From the sequence record DRR723986_6322: a stretch of DNA of 43,181 nucleotides; one strand, written 5' to 3'. How positions within the stretch are numbered: position 1 is the first letter of the stretch; every line of letters starts with the position of its first letter. A model generated the notes under the pieces. The model was not told the origin of the DNA. It saw nothing but the letters and a program-made list of their open reading frames with translations, and did no database searches. Shown in pieces: positions 18,846 through 28,090 of this stretch. Position numbers and translations under genes: made by a program.

Positions 18846-19358
18846 ATGACGCAGGGCTTTTTGCGTGCCTTTGGGCTTTACCTATTAGTGGCAGTGGGCA
18901 TGGTTACTGTGTCTGCCGCCGCCCATCAGCAAAAAGCGGCCATTACAAAAGTGTTGTTTAACCCGCGTACGGGCAACATTGAGGTGATGCACCGCTTTTA
19001 CCTGCATGATGCCGAGCATGCCGTACGGCAAATTTTTGGCAAAGACGCTGATATTATTGGCACGCGGGAAACCCAGAGTATTTTTGCTGATTATGTCAGC
19101 GAACGATTTGGCCTGAAAAACGGTGACGTTGATTTACCGCTGTCGCCTGTTGGATTTGAAATTGAGCGGGCATTTTTTTGGGTGTATCAGGAAACCCCGA
19201 TGGTCGATGACATCAGGGACCTAACCATCAAACACAATGCCTTGCGCGATGTGTGGCCCCAGCAGATTAACACAGTGAACATTGAAGGCCTGGACGAAAT
19301 TAAAACCGCCACATTCAGCGGTTCGGTTGAGTTGAAGATTATCAAGGTTAAAGAGTAA
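18846..19358 (+). CDS. DUF6702-like secreted protein
   Basis: Signal peptide followed by H, EVMHRFYLHDAEHA, WVYQE, QINTVN; typical partner of this M1 peptidase, 5 nt downstream. Confidence 0.75.
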   Translation: MTQGFLRAFGLYLLVAVGMVTVSAAAHQQKAAITKVLFNPRTGNIEVMHRFYLHDAEHAVRQIFGKDADIIGTRETQSIFADYVSERFGLKNGDVDLPLSPVGFEIERAFFWVYQETPMVDDIRDLTIKHNALRDVWPQQINTVNIEGLDEIKTATFSGSVELKIIKVKE

Positions 19359-19519
19359 CCGGCGGTAGATGTTAAGTTTACAATGTCAATTATTCGCAGC
19401 TTTTAATTTAAGCAGCGCACTAGCCAAAAGATTATTTATATTTAGCTATACAAGTATTCAGTGTATTTACACACGTAAATAATGTAAGATATATATTTAT
19501 TAATCTCAGGGGGGTGATA

Positions 19520-20332
19520 ATGCATAAAAATGTTGCGCTGGTTACAATTCATGGCATGGGCGACACTAGCCCTACCTACTATTCAACATTAAAAAAACGC
19601 GTTAAGAAAAAGCTAGATGCCACTTGGGATAAAGTGTCGTTTCAGTCTGTCTATTATCAGCCACTTTTACAGGATAATCAGGAAGAATACTTTCGCCGAG
19701 TCAAAGGTCGTTTGGATTGGTTAAAGATGCGCAAATTCGTCCTCTACGGCTTTTCAGATGCTGGCGGTTTGGAATATTCAAGAACAATTCCAAACAGCAT
19801 ATACACACAAGTTCAAAGAACAATCTTCGATACATTGCGCAAAGCTTGGAATGATGTTGGACCAGATGGGAGTGTGATATTCATTGCACAATCTTTAGGT
19901 GGTCAGGTATTGTCTAATTATATTTGGGATGCAGACAAATCAGATAAAGGCGGAGTTGATTATGGTATTTGGAGCCATGATCACACTTATATTGCGGCCG
20001 ACGAACTTGCTTTCTTGAAGCTAAAATCACTCAAGATTTTGGTAACTACGGGATGTAACATTCCGATATTTGTCGCCGGTTTAAGTCGCGATTTAATTAA
20101 ACCTATAACAAGAACATCAGAGGAACTGGTCTGGGAAAATTACTTTGATGAAGATGATGTCCTAGGTTGGCCGCTGCGGGACCTGAGCGATAAATACAAC
20201 GACTTAGTGATTGATAAGGAAATCAAAGCGGGAGGTTTTTTAACAAGTTGGCTACCAATTAGTCATGTAAAATATTGGGCAGACAATGATGTTATAAACC
20301 CACTATGCGCGCACATTAAAAGGCTATTGTAA
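19520..20332 (+). CDS. Alpha/beta-hydrolase-like hypothetical protein (AT-rich)
   Basis: VTIHGMG oxyanion region, AQSLGG nucleophile elbow, NYFDEDDVLGWPL, SHVKYW. Confidence 0.7.
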   Translation: MHKNVALVTIHGMGDTSPTYYSTLKKRVKKKLDATWDKVSFQSVYYQPLLQDNQEEYFRRVKGRLDWLKMRKFVLYGFSDAGGLEYSRTIPNSIYTQVQRTIFDTLRKAWNDVGPDGSVIFIAQSLGGQVLSNYIWDADKSDKGGVDYGIWSHDHTYIAADELAFLKLKSLKILVTTGCNIPIFVAGLSRDLIKPITRTSEELVWENYFDEDDVLGWPLRDLSDKYNDLVIDKEIKAGGFLTSWLPISHVKYWADNDVINPLCAHIKRLL

Positions 20333-20392
20333 GTATGGACGGTTAGTTGCAGCATTAGATTGTAATAGTGGTTATCGCCTTGATGTGTATTC

Positions 20393-22309
20393 CTACCGCC
20401 GTCCAAAAAGCTTTTCGATATCAGCCAGCTTTAATTCCACATAAGTGGGGCGGCCATGGTTGCACTGGCCTGAATGTGGGGTTTCTTCCATTTCGCGCAA
20501 AAGCGCATTCATCTCGTCAACTGTAAGTCTACGACCGGCCCGCACGCTGCCGTGGCACGCCATGGTGCCGCATACATCTTCCAGTTTTTCCTTGAGGGAA
20601 AGCGCTTCATCTAATTCAGTTAGTTCGTCGGCCAAGTCTCGCACTAGCCCCTTTACATCCAGCTTGCCAAGCATGGCGGGCACTTCGCGCACCATCACAA
20701 CATTTTCGCCGAACGGCTCAATGATCAGGCCCAGTGCTGCCAGTTCGTCGGCGCGGGCCAGTAACCTTGCAGCAGGCGCTTCTTCCAATTCAACCACTTC
20801 GGGCAACAGCAACGCTTGGCGGGCAACGCCAGTTGCGGCAATTTGCTTTTTCATGCGCTCATACACCAGCCGCTCGTGGGCTGCATGTTGGTCAACAATC
20901 ACCAAGCCATCAGCGGTTTGGCTGACAATATAGGTGGCGTGGACTTGACCGCGTGCGGTGCCAAGCGGGTAGTTTTGGGGTGTGGGGTCAGCGGTTCCGT
21001 ATGCAGACTGTTCAACGCTGCGTGCGCTGGGGGCGGCCATGTCGCCGCGCGCCTCGAAGCCCATCTGTTCATTGTCGCCGAAACCGCCCGCCTCTGGATG
21101 ATCTCCAGTTGGATATTGGTCAGGCGCGTAAATCTGGTTCACCACATCTGAGAAGCCGTGTGGCAAGTTGGGTGCACCGCCTGCACTGCGCGCCCACGGC
21201 ATCGCTGGGCCACCGGTTTGAGGCTTCATGGCACCAAGGGCGGCGTCCGCCACCGTGGTGGAAGCTCTGTGGCCTGCATCTGCCAGTGCATGACGCAGCG
21301 ACGAGACGATAAGGCCGCGCACCATGCCCGCATCCCGGAAGCGCACTTCTGCCTTGGCCGGGTGTACATTTACATCAACAAAGCTGGCAGGTACGTCTAG
21401 AAACAGCGCCAGTGATGGGTGTCTGTCCCGGGCCAGATAGTCGCGGTAAGCTCCGCGCACAGCGCCGTTCAACATGCGGTCTTTCACTGGTCTACCGTTG
21501 ACGAACAAATATTGTTGCTGAGCATTCCCGCGGTTGTAGGTGGGCAGCCCCGCATAGCCGGTTAGGCGCATGCCTTCGCGCTCGGCATCAATTTCTACGG
21601 CATTTTCGCGGAAGTCTTTGCCGAGGATCGCGCCCAGCCGCTCAAGCCGCGCATCGCCAACAAGATTGGCAACTGGCGGCGCCCGAAAAGTGGTGCGGTC
21701 CCCATCGGATAAAGTGAAGGCCACCTCAGGGTGGGCCATGGCCAGCCGCTTCATAACGTCCGATGCCTGGGCATATTCTGTGCGGGTGGTTTTAAGAAAT
21801 TTGAGCCGGGCAGGGGTGGCGTAAAACAGGTCGCGCACTTCTATCACAGTGCCCTTTGTAAGAGCAGCGGGCGCCATTTTTGATTTGGTGCCTGCGTCTA
21901 CCATAACCGCCCATGCATCGTCTGCACCGTCCGCGCGGGAGGTTACACTTAACCGTGCTACAGCACCGATGGAGGCAAGTGCCTCGCCCCTAAAACCCAG
22001 CGATCCGATGTTGACCAAATCTTCATCTTTAAGCTTGGACGTGGCGTGCCGCTCCACGGATAAGGCTAACTCTTCAGCGGTCATACCACAGCCATCGTCT
22101 CTGACTTGAATAAGCTCGCGGCCCCCGTCTCGCAGCACAACATCAATGCGGCTTGCGCCAGCATCAATGGCATTTTCAACCAGTTCCTTAACCGCGCTTG
22201 CCGGGCGCTCAACCACTTCACCGGCAGCGATACGATTGATCGTGCGCTCGGACAAGAGGTGGATGACGCCTGCCTTGGTTGGCAACTGATGTCGGTCAGG
22301 TGAACTCAT
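20393..22309 (-). CDS. mutL: DNA mismatch repair endonuclease MutL
   Basis: [50 protein letters not shown]. Confidence 0.98.
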   Translation of the reverse strand: MSSPDRHQLPTKAGVIHLLSERTINRIAAGEVVERPASAVKELVENAIDAGASRIDVVLRDGGRELIQVRDDGCGMTAEELALSVERHATSKLKDEDLVNIGSLGFRGEALASIGAVARLSVTSRADGADDAWAVMVDAGTKSKMAPAALTKGTVIEVRDLFYATPARLKFLKTTRTEYAQASDVMKRLAMAHPEVAFTLSDGDRTTFRAPPVANLVGDARLERLGAILGKDFRENAVEIDAEREGMRLTGYAGLPTYNRGNAQQQYLFVNGRPVKDRMLNGAVRGAYRDYLARDRHPSLALFLDVPASFVDVNVHPAKAEVRFRDAGMVRGLIVSSLRHALADAGHRASTTVADAALGAMKPQTGGPAMPWARSAGGAPNLPHGFSDVVNQIYAPDQYPTGDHPEAGGFGDNEQMGFEARGDMAAPSARSVEQSAYGTADPTPQNYPLGTARGQVHATYIVSQTADGLVIVDQHAAHERLVYERMKKQIAATGVARQALLLPEVVELEEAPAARLLARADELAALGLIIEPFGENVVMVREVPAMLGKLDVKGLVRDLADELTELDEALSLKEKLEDVCGTMACHGSVRAGRRLTVDEMNALLREMEETPHSGQCNHGRPTYVELKLADIEKLFGRR

Positions 22310-22378
22310 GGTTTTATCGTATCAGCCTTGGATTAAAGTTGAAAGCGGAGGTTGCCTGAAATAGAGGTAAAAAAATAG

Positions 22379-22433
22379 TAAACCTTTTGGTTGACAATTG
22401 GGTGAACAGGCTTATTATTAACCATATGGTTGA
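22379..22433 (+). promoter_or_regulatory. Sigma70 promoter flanked by two ArsR-type operators
   Basis: TTGACA (22391-22396), 16 nt, TATTAT (22413-22418); palindromes TAAACCTTTTGGTTGA (22379-22394) and TTAACCATATGGTTGA (22418-22433). Confidence 0.75.
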
Positions 22434-22836
22434 GCTTATATCAAAAGAGTTAGACACGGTTTTTCAAGCACTGGCCGACCCCACGCGGCGGGGTATGCTT
22501 GTTGCCCTTGGTAGTGGTGACAGCACAATCAGTGAACTGGCAAAGCCGTATGATATGTCGCTGGCGGCGGCATCGAAACATGTGAAAAAACTGGAGGCTG
22601 CCGGGTTGATTGAACGCGAGGTGGTTGGCCGCGTGCATCATTGCCGGTTATCGCCCGAGCGGTTGAAAGCCGCGCGTGATTGGCTGCAGACCTATGAGAA
22701 GTTCTGGAACAACCGCCTTGATGCTCTGGAGGCAGCCCTGTTGTTGCAGCCTGAAGCGGGTTCGGACGCTTTGTCAAACGACTTGCCAGAACCGGCAAAT
22801 GATAAAAAGGGGATTGATCATGCCAACGACGAATGA
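22426..22836 (+). CDS. ArsR/SmtB family repressor
   Basis: LDTVFQALADPTRR, SLAAASKHVKKLEAAGLI, FW..RLDAL; ATG lies inside the second operator. Confidence 0.92.
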   Translation: MVELISKELDTVFQALADPTRRGMLVALGSGDSTISELAKPYDMSLAAASKHVKKLEAAGLIEREVVGRVHHCRLSPERLKAARDWLQTYEKFWNNRLDALEAALLLQPEAGSDALSNDLPEPANDKKGIDHANDE

Positions 22837-23377
22837 CCAGTTGGGTAGATTGGTGGCGCCGGCGACAATTGTGATTGAACGTATGTTACCTGGGCCGATT
22901 GAGCGTGTTTGGGCCTTTTTAACCGAGTCTGAGAAACGACAGCGATGGGTGGCTGCAGGTGATATGGATTTGCGAGTTGGCGGTGCGGTGGAATTAATTT
23001 TTGAAAATGACGACCTTTCACCTGTAAAAGAAGAAACCCCGGAAAAATATAAAGATAGCTGCGATAGTGGTACTGCTATGAAGGGGCATATTACAGCCGT
23101 GGAAGTGCCTCATTTACTCTCCTATACATGGAACGAAGACGGCAACGGTCAATCAGAAGTAACGTTTGAGCTTGAGACCGTAGGGGACAAAGTGAAGTTG
23201 ACCCTGACGCACCGCAAGTTGTTTGACAACGAAATGTTGGTGGGTGTTTCTGCCGGGTGGCACGCGCATGTGGCGATCATGATTGATATATTGGAAGGCA
23301 AAACCCCGCGGCCATTTTGGTCTACCCATATGGCGCTGGAAGACAGCTACCGTAGTCATTTATTTCCTGAAAGCTGA
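22820..23377 (+). CDS. SRPBCC/AHSA1 (START-like) domain protein
   Basis: IERMLPGPIERVWAFLTESEKRQRW, SEVTFEL, SAGWHAH; GGGGA RBS before ATG 22820; overlaps ArsR. Confidence 0.92.
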   Translation: MPTTNDQLGRLVAPATIVIERMLPGPIERVWAFLTESEKRQRWVAAGDMDLRVGGAVELIFENDDLSPVKEETPEKYKDSCDSGTAMKGHITAVEVPHLLSYTWNEDGNGQSEVTFELETVGDKVKLTLTHRKLFDNEMLVGVSAGWHAHVAIMIDILEGKTPRPFWSTHMALEDSYRSHLFPES

Positions 23378-23427
23378 TAAAGAGACCGAGAGCAGGAATT
23401 ACCCATAAGCTTGCACGCACAAAGAAG

Positions 23428-23461
23428 AAAGCACCCTGAAGTTTTTCACGGGTGCTTTTTT
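23428..23461. terminator. Bidirectional intrinsic terminator
   Basis: AAAGCACCC-TGAA..TTCA-C-GGGTGCTTT with T run; lies between convergent genes. Confidence 0.8.
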
Positions 23462-23490
23462 ACGGTTGGCTTATAGTATTTTTTGGCCGG

Positions 23491-23916
23491 TTATGAGCCT
23501 GAGCTAATCCGCTCAACTTCCACATTATCTGGGCGTAGTTGACGCTCGCCCAGTTCCAGAAGTTCGCCGAGGATGATGGTTTTTTTAACCACGCTTAGCT
23601 TTTCCTGACCGGCGTTAGAGCGTACATCAGGCTCGCCGAAACCAACACGAGCTAATAAGTCTTGCTCGCCTTTGCTCTTTGGCGGTGATGGCCGGTACGT
23701 TTTGCCGGGGAATAAAGCTTCAAAGGCGCGGCGGCCTGGGTCCATACTTTGGGCATTCGGCTCGCCGGGGCGGGGTGGCTTCAGATCTGCTTCAGGCGGC
23801 ACATATAGCGGTGGTCGGTTAACAACGGCAAATTCGTCAGGCGAATTTTTGCCGCCGCCGCATGCCGTTAATGCAACAGCTGATAACATCAAAACAGTCA
23901 GCCGGGTGGCATTCAT
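23491..23916 (-). CDS. DUF3035 lipoprotein
   Basis: Lipobox LTAC; PDEFAVV.RPPL.VPP...L.PPRPG; conserved position after lspA in alphaproteobacteria. Confidence 0.88.
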   Translation of the reverse strand: MNATRLTVLMLSAVALTACGGGKNSPDEFAVVNRPPLYVPPEADLKPPRPGEPNAQSMDPGRRAFEALFPGKTYRPSPPKSKGEQDLLARVGFGEPDVRSNAGQEKLSVVKKTIILGELLELGERQLRPDNVEVERISSGS

Positions 23917-23940
23917 TGGTTTTCTCCAAAGCGGTTACTA

Positions 23941-24480
23941 TCAGGGTTGACCATTTTCACTGTGGCCTTCCTTTGAGGTTTTTTTAAGGCTTTTCTGCCC
24001 ATCTCGCAAGCCATCAATCAAAAGCATGATAACGCCGATGGTTATGGCGCTATCAGCAACATTGAAAACATAGAAATTATAGTCGAAAGCGTGGAGGTGA
24101 ATAAAGTCTACCACCGCGCCGTGGACAAAACGGTCTATCAGGTTGCCCACCGCCCCACTAAGGATAAGCGAAAGAGCTGTTGCTTCAAACGCGCGTTCAG
24201 ATTTTTTGAGCCAGATTAAAAGCCACAAACTAATGCCAGCCGTTAGGGCAACAATTCCCCATTTGCCCAGCGCGTCGCCGAGCGAAAGGCCCATGGATAT
24301 ACCCTTGTTCCACACCATCGTCAGGCTGAAAAACGGCAAAATTTCAACGGAGCCTTTTGCTGGCAGGTCATAAATATTTAGCACCCACCACTTCGAAAGT
24401 TGGTCGACAAATGTTAGTGCAAAAATAGCGACTATGCCATTTTTTAAATAACCGTCATTTGTGGTGCTCGCTTGGGTCAT
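23941..24480 (-). CDS. lspA: Lipoprotein signal peptidase II
   Basis: DQLSK, WNKG, GAVGNLIDR, VVDFI, FNVAD. Confidence 0.97.
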   Translation of the reverse strand: MTQASTTNDGYLKNGIVAIFALTFVDQLSKWWVLNIYDLPAKGSVEILPFFSLTMVWNKGISMGLSLGDALGKWGIVALTAGISLWLLIWLKKSERAFEATALSLILSGAVGNLIDRFVHGAVVDFIHLHAFDYNFYVFNVADSAITIGVIMLLIDGLRDGQKSLKKTSKEGHSENGQP

Positions 24481-24482
24481 TA

Positions 24483-27323
24483 TCAGGCTGCTTGGCTGTC
24501 ATGCTTGGCCACAGCATCGGCGCAGCGGTTACACAGTTCGCCGTTGTTGGTAACCTCATCTGAGATAACCCAGCATCGTTCGCATTTGTCGCCGCTTGCA
24601 ATGGATGCTTTAACCGCAATTTCTGGAGTGCCTTCCAGCGTGAAAGCATCTGTAGGCACGTTGCCAACATGTAAGTTCGCCGATGAGGTAATTGAAATCT
24701 CTGCCCAGTCGAGATTTTCAAGCCCGATAGTAGAATCTACATATATGTCAACATGCGCTTGAAGGCTTGAGCCGATGGTTTTTTCCCGGCGCATGAGTTC
24801 TAGCGCTGCTGTTACGACACCGCGAACTTTGCGAATGCGTGACCATTTTTCTGCTAGCGCATCATCGCGCCATGCGGTGGGTGTTTCTGGCCAAATTTCG
24901 CGGTGAACGCTGGGTGTGCCTTCGCCGAAGCGAGACTGCCAAATTTCTTCCGCAGTGAAGGATAAAACTGGCGCGAACCAAACAACCAAACGGCTGAACA
25001 CAGCATCAAGCACTGTGCGCACTGCACGCCTGCGCGTGTCGTCTGGGCTGTCGCAGTAAAGCGCATCTTTGCGGATATCAAAATAGAAAGCTGACAGTTC
25101 CATGATGCAGAATTGGTATAGTTCGCGGAATACCGGGTTAAAGTCATACTCGGCGGCGCGTTCACGCATGAAAGCATCCAGCTCGGCCAGTCGGTGCATC
25201 ATTAAGCGGTCTAACTCTGGCATTTCATCAACAGGCAGGCTTTCATCTGCGCTAAAGCCATGCAGGTTACCGAGCATATAGCGCATTGTGTTGCGAATTT
25301 TGCGGTAAGCATCCACTTGACCTTTGATGATTTCCTCGGAAATGCGCACATCTTCTTTATAGTCAACAGCCGCAACCCAAAGGCGCAGAATATCAGCGCC
25401 GTATTGATCAATGATTTTTTGCGGTGACACCGCGTTGCCTGTGGACTTGGACATTTTCCGGCCTTCACCGTCCAGCGCAAAACCGTGGGTTAGCACGCCT
25501 TCGTAGGGCGCGCGGCCGCGTGTGCCACAGCTTTCCAGCAAGCTTGACTGGAACCAGCCCCGATGTTGGTCAGAGCCTTCAATATATAGGTCGGCAGGCC
25601 AGGCCAGTTCCTCGCGTTGTTCCAGAACAAAGGCGTGCGTGCAGCCGCTATCGAACCAGACATCGAGAATATCCTGAATTTGCTCATAATCGTCAGCGTT
25701 ATATTTATCACCGAGTAGGTCCTGTGCGGGTACGGCAACCCATGCATCTGCACCGCCTGCCTTAACCGCGGCAACAATGCGTGCGTTTACCTCGGCATCA
25801 ACCAAATAATCACCGGTTTCCTTGTTGACAAACACAGTAATAGGAACCCCCCAGGCCCGTTGGCGAGAGATAACCCAGTCTGGGCGGTCCGAAACCATAG
25901 CTTTGATGCGGTTTTTACTAACCGCCGGGTACCAGTTTGTTGCCTCAATCGCCTTTACGGCCTTGTCGCGCAGGCCGGTTTTCTCCATAGAGATAAACCA
26001 TTGCGGTGTATTGCGGAAAATCAGCGGCGCTTTTGAGCGCCAGCTATGTGGATAGCTATGCACAAGCTTGCCCACCGCCATCAAGGCATTCTTTTCTGTT
26101 AGCAAACGGCACACCTCGTCAGCCACCTTGTAAACATGGTGGCCTGCAACAAGCGCAACGTCCGGGTAGTAACAACCTGCCTCGTTCACCGTGTAAGGCA
26201 CAGGAAGTCCGAACTTTACATGGCCAACCTGGTAGTCATCGTCGCCGTGACCGGGTGCGGTATGAACAAACCCGGTGCCTGCCTCAACTGTTACATGCTC
26301 GCCGGGCAGCATGGGGACATCAAAGTCATAAAAACCGCCTGCATCCGTATGGCCGCGCCACGGGTGGGCAAGGATGGTACCTTCCAGTGTTGAGCCTTTA
26401 ATGTGGGCGGTTATGGAATGCTCGGTAATGCCAGCGCGTGCGGCAAACTCGCTGAGGAGTGTTTCGGCAATAACCAGTTCTTCGCCAGCGTTAATCGTGG
26501 ATTCTTCGTCTACAGCGCTCACGGAGATACGCATATAATTGATGTCATCGCCGTAACATACGGCCCGGTTTGCTGGAATGGTCCACGGTGTGGTGGTCCA
26601 GATGACAACCCGCGCGCCTTGTAGGTCTGCGCAGTTGGTTGAAACAACATCGAAGGCAACATCAATCTGCGTTGATGTGTGGTCATGATACTCAACCTCA
26701 GCCTCGGCAAGGGCGGTTTTCTCAACTGGTGACCACATGACAGGCTTGGACCCACGATACAGCGAGCCGTCCTCGGCGAATTTCAGCAGCTCTTCGACAA
26801 TCTGCGCTTCGGCATCAAAGGCCATTGTGGTGTAGGGGTTGTCCCAGTCAGCGATAATACCCAAGCGTTTAAACTGTTCGCGTTGTACATTGATCCAACC
26901 ATCAGCGAATTCTCTGCACTCCCGGCGAAATTCGATGGGGTCTACATCGTCTTTGTTTTTCTTTTTCTTGCGGTATTTTTCTTCGATTTTCCATTCAATT
27001 GGCAGGCCATGACAATCCCAGCCGGGAACAAAGGGTGCGTCTTTGCCCTGCATCTGCTGGGACTTTACAATGATGTCCTTGAGGGTTTTTTGCATGGCGT
27101 GGCCAAAGTGAATGTCACCATTGGCGTAGGGCGGGCCATCATGGAAAATAAACTTCTTCCGTCCTGCGCTGTCATTGCGCAGGGTTTTATAAATGTCTTC
27201 TTTCGCCCATTTGGCCAGGAACTCAGGCTCACGCTTGGGTAGTCCAGCGCGCATAGGGAAGTCTGTTTGCGGAAGAAATACGGTGTCGCGGTAGTCGCGT
27301 TTGTCTTGATTGTCGGCAGACAT
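24483..27323 (-). CDS. ileS: Isoleucine--tRNA ligase (type 1)
   Basis: HDGPPYANG, HFGH, GWDCHGLPIE, WTTTPWT, EGSDQHRGWF, KMSKS, C-terminal CERC..CNRC Zn finger. Confidence 0.98.
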   Translation of the reverse strand: MSADNQDKRDYRDTVFLPQTDFPMRAGLPKREPEFLAKWAKEDIYKTLRNDSAGRKKFIFHDGPPYANGDIHFGHAMQKTLKDIIVKSQQMQGKDAPFVPGWDCHGLPIEWKIEEKYRKKKKNKDDVDPIEFRRECREFADGWINVQREQFKRLGIIADWDNPYTTMAFDAEAQIVEELLKFAEDGSLYRGSKPVMWSPVEKTALAEAEVEYHDHTSTQIDVAFDVVSTNCADLQGARVVIWTTTPWTIPANRAVCYGDDINYMRISVSAVDEESTINAGEELVIAETLLSEFAARAGITEHSITAHIKGSTLEGTILAHPWRGHTDAGGFYDFDVPMLPGEHVTVEAGTGFVHTAPGHGDDDYQVGHVKFGLPVPYTVNEAGCYYPDVALVAGHHVYKVADEVCRLLTEKNALMAVGKLVHSYPHSWRSKAPLIFRNTPQWFISMEKTGLRDKAVKAIEATNWYPAVSKNRIKAMVSDRPDWVISRQRAWGVPITVFVNKETGDYLVDAEVNARIVAAVKAGGADAWVAVPAQDLLGDKYNADDYEQIQDILDVWFDSGCTHAFVLEQREELAWPADLYIEGSDQHRGWFQSSLLESCGTRGRAPYEGVLTHGFALDGEGRKMSKSTGNAVSPQKIIDQYGADILRLWVAAVDYKEDVRISEEIIKGQVDAYRKIRNTMRYMLGNLHGFSADESLPVDEMPELDRLMMHRLAELDAFMRERAAEYDFNPVFRELYQFCIMELSAFYFDIRKDALYCDSPDDTRRRAVRTVLDAVFSRLVVWFAPVLSFTAEEIWQSRFGEGTPSVHREIWPETPTAWRDDALAEKWSRIRKVRGVVTAALELMRREKTIGSSLQAHVDIYVDSTIGLENLDWAEISITSSANLHVGNVPTDAFTLEGTPEIAVKASIASGDKCERCWVISDEVTNNGELCNRCADAVAKHDSQAA

Positions 27324-27413
27324 GAGATGGTGTCTCGCTATATTCGGTGGGCGAAATTCATTCGCCGCATCATTTAGAATTCAATATGAAATAAAGTTGG
27401 GTCCCGGTCGTTT

Positions 27414-27512
27414 CTAGAACGCCGGGCCAGTAATTCGTATGCGTGCAACGCGTATCAATATGCCGCACACGACAAAAGACGCAGTTACTCTTGATTTCAA
27501 GTCATAAAACAT
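27414..27512 (-). CDS. Putative ileS leader peptide (32 aa, Ile-rich C-terminal half)
   Basis: MFYDLKSRVTASFVVCGILIRVARIRITGPAF*; four Ile codons (three ATA); stop codon lies in the loop of a CCCGG..CCGGG hairpin. Confidence 0.6.
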   Translation of the reverse strand: MFYDLKSRVTASFVVCGILIRVARIRITGPAF

Positions 27513-27520
27513 AAGCGCGA

Positions 27521-27549
27521 CTTTTATCAGCGATACCAACCGGTGTCGA
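27521..27549 (-). promoter_or_regulatory. Putative sigma70 promoter of the ileS leader
   Basis: Minus strand TCGACA, 17 nt, TAAAAG, ending 8 nt before the leader ATG. Confidence 0.5.
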
Positions 27550-27584
27550 GCGGAAACAGCGGCGTCTGCGCAGCAGTAGGTGTG

Positions 27585-28076
27585 TTAGTTGGTTTCGAAA
27601 TCTGTTGCAGCGATATCAGTGCCGCTATTGTCGAAATCCACGACCAACTTCCATTGGTCATTTTCATTTCTGAATATCAGCAGAACCCGGCCGTATGCAT
27701 GGGCTGTGCTGCCATCAGATTGCGGCAGGTTAACACGGTATTTGCCAGCAATATGACCAAACGAAGGGCCTATTGCAGTAGTTTCTTCGGTGAAATCAAT
27801 TGTGACATGAGGCGCGTTTTTGAACTGAGGCGCGTAATTGCGGCGAATAGCCTCTTTGCTTTGGCTCAGGCTATTGCCGTTGTTGGCATAGTAGATGTCG
27901 TCACTGTAAAGCGACATTAACCCGTCAATGTCTTTGCTGTTGTAGGCCGTTAACCATTGTTGCATCAGCCCGCGAATGACAGTCTCGTCAGTTTGCTTAG
28001 AGTGGCCGAACGCCGGATATAAACCCGCGTGCAAAATTGCGAAGGCGAAGGCTGTATATCGAACGAATTGTTTCAT
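27585..28076 (-). CDS. Secreted SnoaL-like/DUF4440 (NTF2 fold) protein
   Basis: Signal peptide; W..AYN.KDIDGLMSLYSDD; WKLVVD. Confidence 0.85.
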   Translation of the reverse strand: MKQFVRYTAFAFAILHAGLYPAFGHSKQTDETVIRGLMQQWLTAYNSKDIDGLMSLYSDDIYYANNGNSLSQSKEAIRRNYAPQFKNAPHVTIDFTEETTAIGPSFGHIAGKYRVNLPQSDGSTAHAYGRVLLIFRNENDQWKLVVDFDNSGTDIAATDFETN

Positions 28077-28090
28077 TGGAACGACGTCGC

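Noticed and set aside
27324-27549. T-box riboswitch upstream of ileS
   Set aside because: No AGGGTGGNACCGCG T-box sequence; the uORF explains the region better.
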